Part shown: positions 38,941 to 43,576 of the stretch, in pieces
Layout of the letters: every line of letters starts with the position of its first letter
Numbering within the stretch: the stretch's first letter is position 1
Source of the DNA: Catajapyx aquilonaris
Taxonomy: Eukaryota
Assembly (NCBI GenBank): GCA_000934665.2
Contig: KZ538280.1
Coordinates: 62,001-105,576 of the forward strand
Direction of reading: 5' to 3'
DNA length: 43,576 bases
Notes under the pieces: model-generated
What the model was told of the DNA's origin: nothing
Database searches by the model: none
Seen by the model: only the letters and a program-made list of their open reading frames with translations
Translations under genes and position numbers: made by a program

Positions 38941-40240
38941 GCGTGTGTTTTTTGAGTGTTGTGCCGCAGAATGTCTGTGTGTAATACCCTCCGGAAGGAA
39001 TCCTGGCAGCAAACACAACTGATAACACACATCACCTGATGAAGACCTATCAGCATCCCGGTATTGGCCTGCACCCAGGCTTTCCATGCAACCCCGTCCA
39101 AATAGAACCCCTATGCAGACCCCCCTCTTTCCCTGTCTCCCCCATCCACCCAGCCTCCCACCCATCCTCCCCGCTCCCTCTCTCCCTCTCTACCCCCTTC
39201 CCCCTCCACGTCCATCCATCAGTTCGATATTCGGAGCCCCAGGCGGCGCTCGCAGCCCTCGTGTTGGTCCATAAGCGCAGCATCAATGTTCCCTCGCACG
39301 GCAGATGGAAAAAAAACAACATTTACCCTTATACTGGTGTAATTAGGACCTTTGTTAATGTTGCTAATTGTTACAGCGTTACCTCTCACCGTCCAACCCT
39401 CCACCCCTCTCTATATATCCCTTTACTCCAGGTTTTGCTGCCGAATAATGATGGGCCGAATATTACCCATTATTTCCTCACGCCGATGGGAATCAATCGG
39501 TACTCGATACCATAGTTCCGATACATGGAGTACCGCATCTCGAGCACGCACAAGATGCTCACATGGGTTCGCATTTTGCCGTTCATTATCAATCGATTAG
39601 TGGCTCCCCGGCCGCTGTGAACTCGATCAACTTTTCACATCTGTATACGTGGCATCCGTTTCTATGCCACTGGATTCAATGTTCCGGGGGCTTCTGATGC
39701 TGGTCATGGCTGTACCACCACTATCCATCCCTCCCTCCCTCCCTCCCTCCCAAACCCTCCCGCCGCACAGGATTTCGCATGGCGAGCTGATTAAGAATAA
39801 ATCTATAATTAGGGAAACACACGATAGCGCCCGAATTGATTTGGTTGCTGCTGCATATACGCCCCCAAGCTTCCTGCTTCTGCCTACCACATGGTTGTAC
39901 ATGGGATGCAACCAGCACCTCCAGGTGCTGACTTACCGGGAGAAGAAGAAGAAGAAGAGGCAATAAGAAAGTGGCGGGAAGGGGTGGGCATCCAGGCGTC
40001 TCGAGGAGCTTCCCTATTTAATGCCATTCTCTTCTGGGTTCCTTCCTTCTTGGGGTCTGCCAGCCCTTCTTCCTTCCGGAAGCAACAGAGCGTAAGGCGT
40101 GGGAAGAAGGGCACCGTCTTGGCAGGGACTGCTGTCAAGCTTTCCTCCACCTGACTGCATCCACTCCACCCCATTCAAGAAGACCCTCGTTGCGGTTTCC
40201 CGCCGAATAATAAAACAATCAGGAACAAAAGCCTCTCTTT

Positions 40241-40263
40241 AAAAAAAAAAAAAAAAAAAAAAA
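40241..40263 (+). repeat. A23 run, 26 nt after AATAAA (40209-40214)
   Basis: Direct reading. Confidence 0.9.
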
Positions 40264-42128
40264 TCCAAGCGCGCCCCTATACTAAACTAGTATTGATCGT
40301 CATTTTTCCCCCCCGACATTTTCCAGTGACGATGCATATACGTGCACTGCATGTAGTACCCGCCCTAAAATAATGGCCGGATTTATGTACTTGAGATGAT
40401 TAGCCTTTTTTTTTGGAAAACTGATGAGCAGTGGGCGTTTTTTTTCGATTTCAAATCGCATATCTCCCTGAAAAAAAATGGCGATAAAGAGACCTTGTGA
40501 GTGCTGACGAGAGTTCCGGAGGATGCAGCAGGATAGCCATTCTGGCGTGACTTCATCGTCGCTTCCGAAAAGGAACAACGCCAGACTGGTCATCCTCACC
40601 TCCTCGAGGATCCTCCTTCCCGACTCGTCATTTCCATCCGCTCAATTGGAAAAAGAAGGAGGAGGCTGAGGATGTCATCTCCCCCCCATACTTTCCGGCA
40701 CTTTTTTATTATTCCCCCCCATCTTTGTTGAGGACTCCACCTCGCTTCCGGCTGCCGCTTCCACGCGTGTTTCCTGCACAGTGACCCATACGTGCCACCA
40801 CCTACCTGCCCCGAAGAGGTCATCCGGAAGCTAGCCTCATATGCATACATCACGTGACAGAATCCGGACCAACCCGCACAAAAAAAAGTAACATCCTTTC
40901 CTAAGTTGCACAAGCGTCCATTGAGTCCCCCATCCGCCCCCATCCCTTTAACCTCGGCCCCCAAGAAACAATTGCCTAATCTCAGCTCTACCACTCGGAA
41001 TTAATAAGGAAGTCCTCGCCGCAAGACTTCAAGCCTGCCAACCTCTGCACGGGGCGTGTACCATCCTATCCTGACCCATTCAGTCCTGCAATAGTCGGCG
41101 TCCAGTCCTATTATCTCTCTGGATTAGAATCGAACCTTACTGTATAGGATATTATCCTGCTTAGCGAGCACATATTGCGCCTATTTTTTCGCCAAATATG
41201 TAGTTGATAAGATGGTGAGTTAGACCCCCTGGCAATCGGTCGCCCCCCGTTCTTTTTCCCCTCTGACCCCCCCTCCCAATCTTAGCACAGGATGAAGCCG
41301 ATTACTGTCCTTTCCCAGGCTCCGTGTCGGAACCTGCAGACCGACTTCCTTCTTAGCTTTCCGACAGGGTCACATACTGTATATCTACCACCATGGGGGG
41401 GCCCTCAATGAATGAGACAGACCGAGGGTCCAAGGGCGAACTATCCTTATGCGTCGTTCTTATTCAGGTCCTAAAAAAAGGTGTTTTAAATGGCAAGGTG
41501 TGGGTCGGCTGGCGGTTGGAAGTGACCTTAGCCACCTATATTGTAATCAAAACACCTTGAGTCGGCAGGTGCTTCTTGTTCTTAAGACGTTTAGTAAGGT
41601 ACGTTATTTGCAAGAGTCAGTTGGTTGAAAAGCCGGGGGCAAGGCCAACATTCCGGTATCACGTGACGCTTCCGGTCCTAACCGAAAATTCGGTGCACTA
41701 TCCCCCGATAGTTGTACCCATATGCACCCGGTGTCTTACTGGAAGACTGGTGACTTCCTTGTAACCGTCGCTGAGGTAACTTCCGACGGAGACCATAAGG
41801 CTCGATTTTATTCTTTTTTTAAACTTCTCCTCCCCCCACCCCTCTTTACCTCTGGCATGTGCAGGGGCCAGGGTAGGGCGGGAAATTTAATGTAAGCGTC
41901 CTGAGGGGTGGGGGAAAAAAAGGAAGGAGTCCTCCTAGCGTGGCAAAGGAAGCTTCCTGTTTCCATCTGCTCCTCAGGGGCCAATATGCGACTTAAGAAA
42001 TGCGGGCGGGGGAAGTGACCGTTACGAGTAGGTAACACCTGTCTACACCCCCGGTGCTCTCCCCACCTTCCCAGGTGTACTACAAGCCAGGCGCGTAATA
42101 CTGCACAATATGTGTTTTACCATTTTCT

Positions 42129-42130
<2 letters not shown>

Positions 42131-42193
<63 letters not shown>
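42131..42193 (+). repeat. (TAA)21 microsatellite
   Basis: Direct reading. Confidence 0.97.
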
Positions 42194-42196
<3 letters not shown>

Positions 42197-42910
42197 ACTC
42201 GAAATAGTTCAATCTCTACCCCCTCATGCATTGTACTGAAGAGGAGATGTTAAATATACACTTAAAAAAGCAGATTAATAAATTTGAATGACAATTTCAA
42301 CTGAAATAGTGAGCAAAATTTTAAAACTTTGCTGGAGCAATTTTCCGGAAAAAATTAATGGAAAACTGTAGATCGAGCCCTGTATGTGAATTTTATTAGA
42401 ATATTAAATGAGGGAATCGCCGAGGGTAAAAATGTAAGGTACAATGTCAAGGAAAAGTATGCAAAATCATTGAAATTGAGCAAATAACCACACAAAAACG
42501 TATTTTAAATGTAGAAAATAAAATACCGTATGGGTGAAGGCTTCTCCTCCGTACATTGCCCAAAATAACCGCATACATGAACTAAAAATGTATAGTTCCA
42601 AAATTATATTGCAAAATTTTAGCACAAAAATTAGCTACCTCACAGCCGATCGAAACAAAAATTAAACACCGGGAAGAGAGTAAATTCATGCAATTTCCAC
42701 GACCAGAAAAAACCCGATTGTAAATTATTTTAAACATTAATTTGGAAGCACGTAATCAGAACGAACGGCCCCAATTTTGGCCATAACTCATCTAGATGGC
42801 TCCTGAAACGACGCATTTTCATCACCCTCTTATTGGGCAAGCATATCGCTGATGTCCTAACACCTCGCAAATTATCGACCCCCTTTTCCCACTACTCCTT
42901 GAAAGCTTTG

Positions 42911-42932
42911 TGAGTCAGGAAAAGCTTTTCCT
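42911..42932. promoter_or_regulatory. AP-1 site TGAGTCA abutting the perfect 16-nt palindrome AGGAAAAGCTTTTCCT (42917-42932)
   Basis: Direct reading; function inferred. Confidence 0.35.
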
Positions 42933-42980
42933 TGGGGTGAATCAAGAGGGGNGTTCCCCTCCACCCAACCTATTGACCGC

Positions 42981-43576
42981 CAAGAAGTTGCCATGTCTTG
43001 GTCCCACTCACTTTGCCCTTCATCTAAATAAATCATCGAGAGACCCCTATATACACATCCGGCAATAATGGCCCAAATCAACAATAATTTTGATAATCAC
43101 CGCAATGCATATTAGTCATTATCAGACATGATCCCATGTGACGTCACGACCTCGGATAATAGAACCAGGTCAGGAGGAGACCTGGCGTAATAAGCGGCAA
43201 CCACGCCGAAAAAGGTCTGGCACCTGGAGGATGAGGGAGGCAGCTTTTGCAAAATCAGGACAGGTGGGCCAAGGAGCAAGCCAACCCCCCCATTCATCGG
43301 GACCCCTTTCAAAACTGCTTACCCCACGTGCCCCTTGTAATTCACTGCATGTCAATAACTACCCAAGTTAATCATGCTGTGCGTGGGGGGCGGGGGGCGC
43401 CTACCCAGAGGCACATGAGTGACGATATGTAAATCACAACCTCATTTTTTGCACTATCCCGCATGCATTGTAGCCAATGTAAATAGGGCAAATATCGCAG
43501 GTAAGAGCGATGGACTAATTAGTATCGCATGTTTGATTGCAGGGCGTCATGGAAAGGCGCTGGTCCTGGTTCGAGC
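42981..43576 (+). repeat. Diverged tandem unit U11 (partial; runs off the window end)
   Basis: vs U1: catctaaa 40/43021, attagtc 184/43111, tgacgtcac 236/43139, accccYttcaaaa 453/43302, tgcatg 487/43346, ataact 507/43355, tgtaaata 831/43478. Confidence 0.65.

Larger units (their letters stand above)
38941..42980 (+). repeat. Diverged tandem unit U10 (about 4.0 kb)
   Basis: vs U1: gcctgcac 131/39067, gcaacccc 149/39088, ggaaaaaaa near 817/39307, cggtac 1041/39498, gtacca.ca 1428/39712, ccatccc(c)tccctccc 1565/39725. The 3' half was not individually anchored. Confidence 0.55.

Noticed and set aside
42043..42231. Poly-Tyr ORF
   Set aside because: Translation of the (TAA)21 microsatellite.
1..43576. 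rDNA, histone-repeat, CRISPR or intact viral/transposon interpretation of the array
   Set aside because: No rRNA or histone sequence, no short repeat-spacer pattern, and no RT, transposase or capsid ORF or terminal repeats recognised.
1..43576. Enrichment of TAATCC, AGGTCA and CACGTG sites
   Set aside because: Rough hand counts are near expectation or only about two-fold above it.

Overview
Eukaryotic, metazoan-looking DNA: microsatellites, many G/C homopolymer tracts, CpG not obviously depleted, and three N gaps. I found no credible intact protein-coding gene, rRNA, tRNA, CRISPR or recognisable transposon ORF; nearly all ORF-track entries are low-complexity by-products. The main observation is that the whole window appears to be a head-to-tail array of about 11 extremely diverged paralogous non-coding units of about 2.3-6.4 kb. 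Approximate starts, phased arbitrarily on base 1, are 1, 5980, 10100, 13830, 17040, 23030, 29390, 33650, 36650, 38940 and 42980. Homology survives only as colinear chains of 7-12 nt anchors at near-constant offsets, found by eye without running an alignment, so boundaries are approximate (about +/-150 nt). The units differ in composition (GC-tract-rich vs AT-rich at homologous positions), show G-tract/C-tract polarity flips at homologous sites, differ mainly by loss of a middle segment, and carry local clusters of different short TF-site-like words (CRE, ETS, C/EBP, TAAT, CCAAT). Function is unknown.
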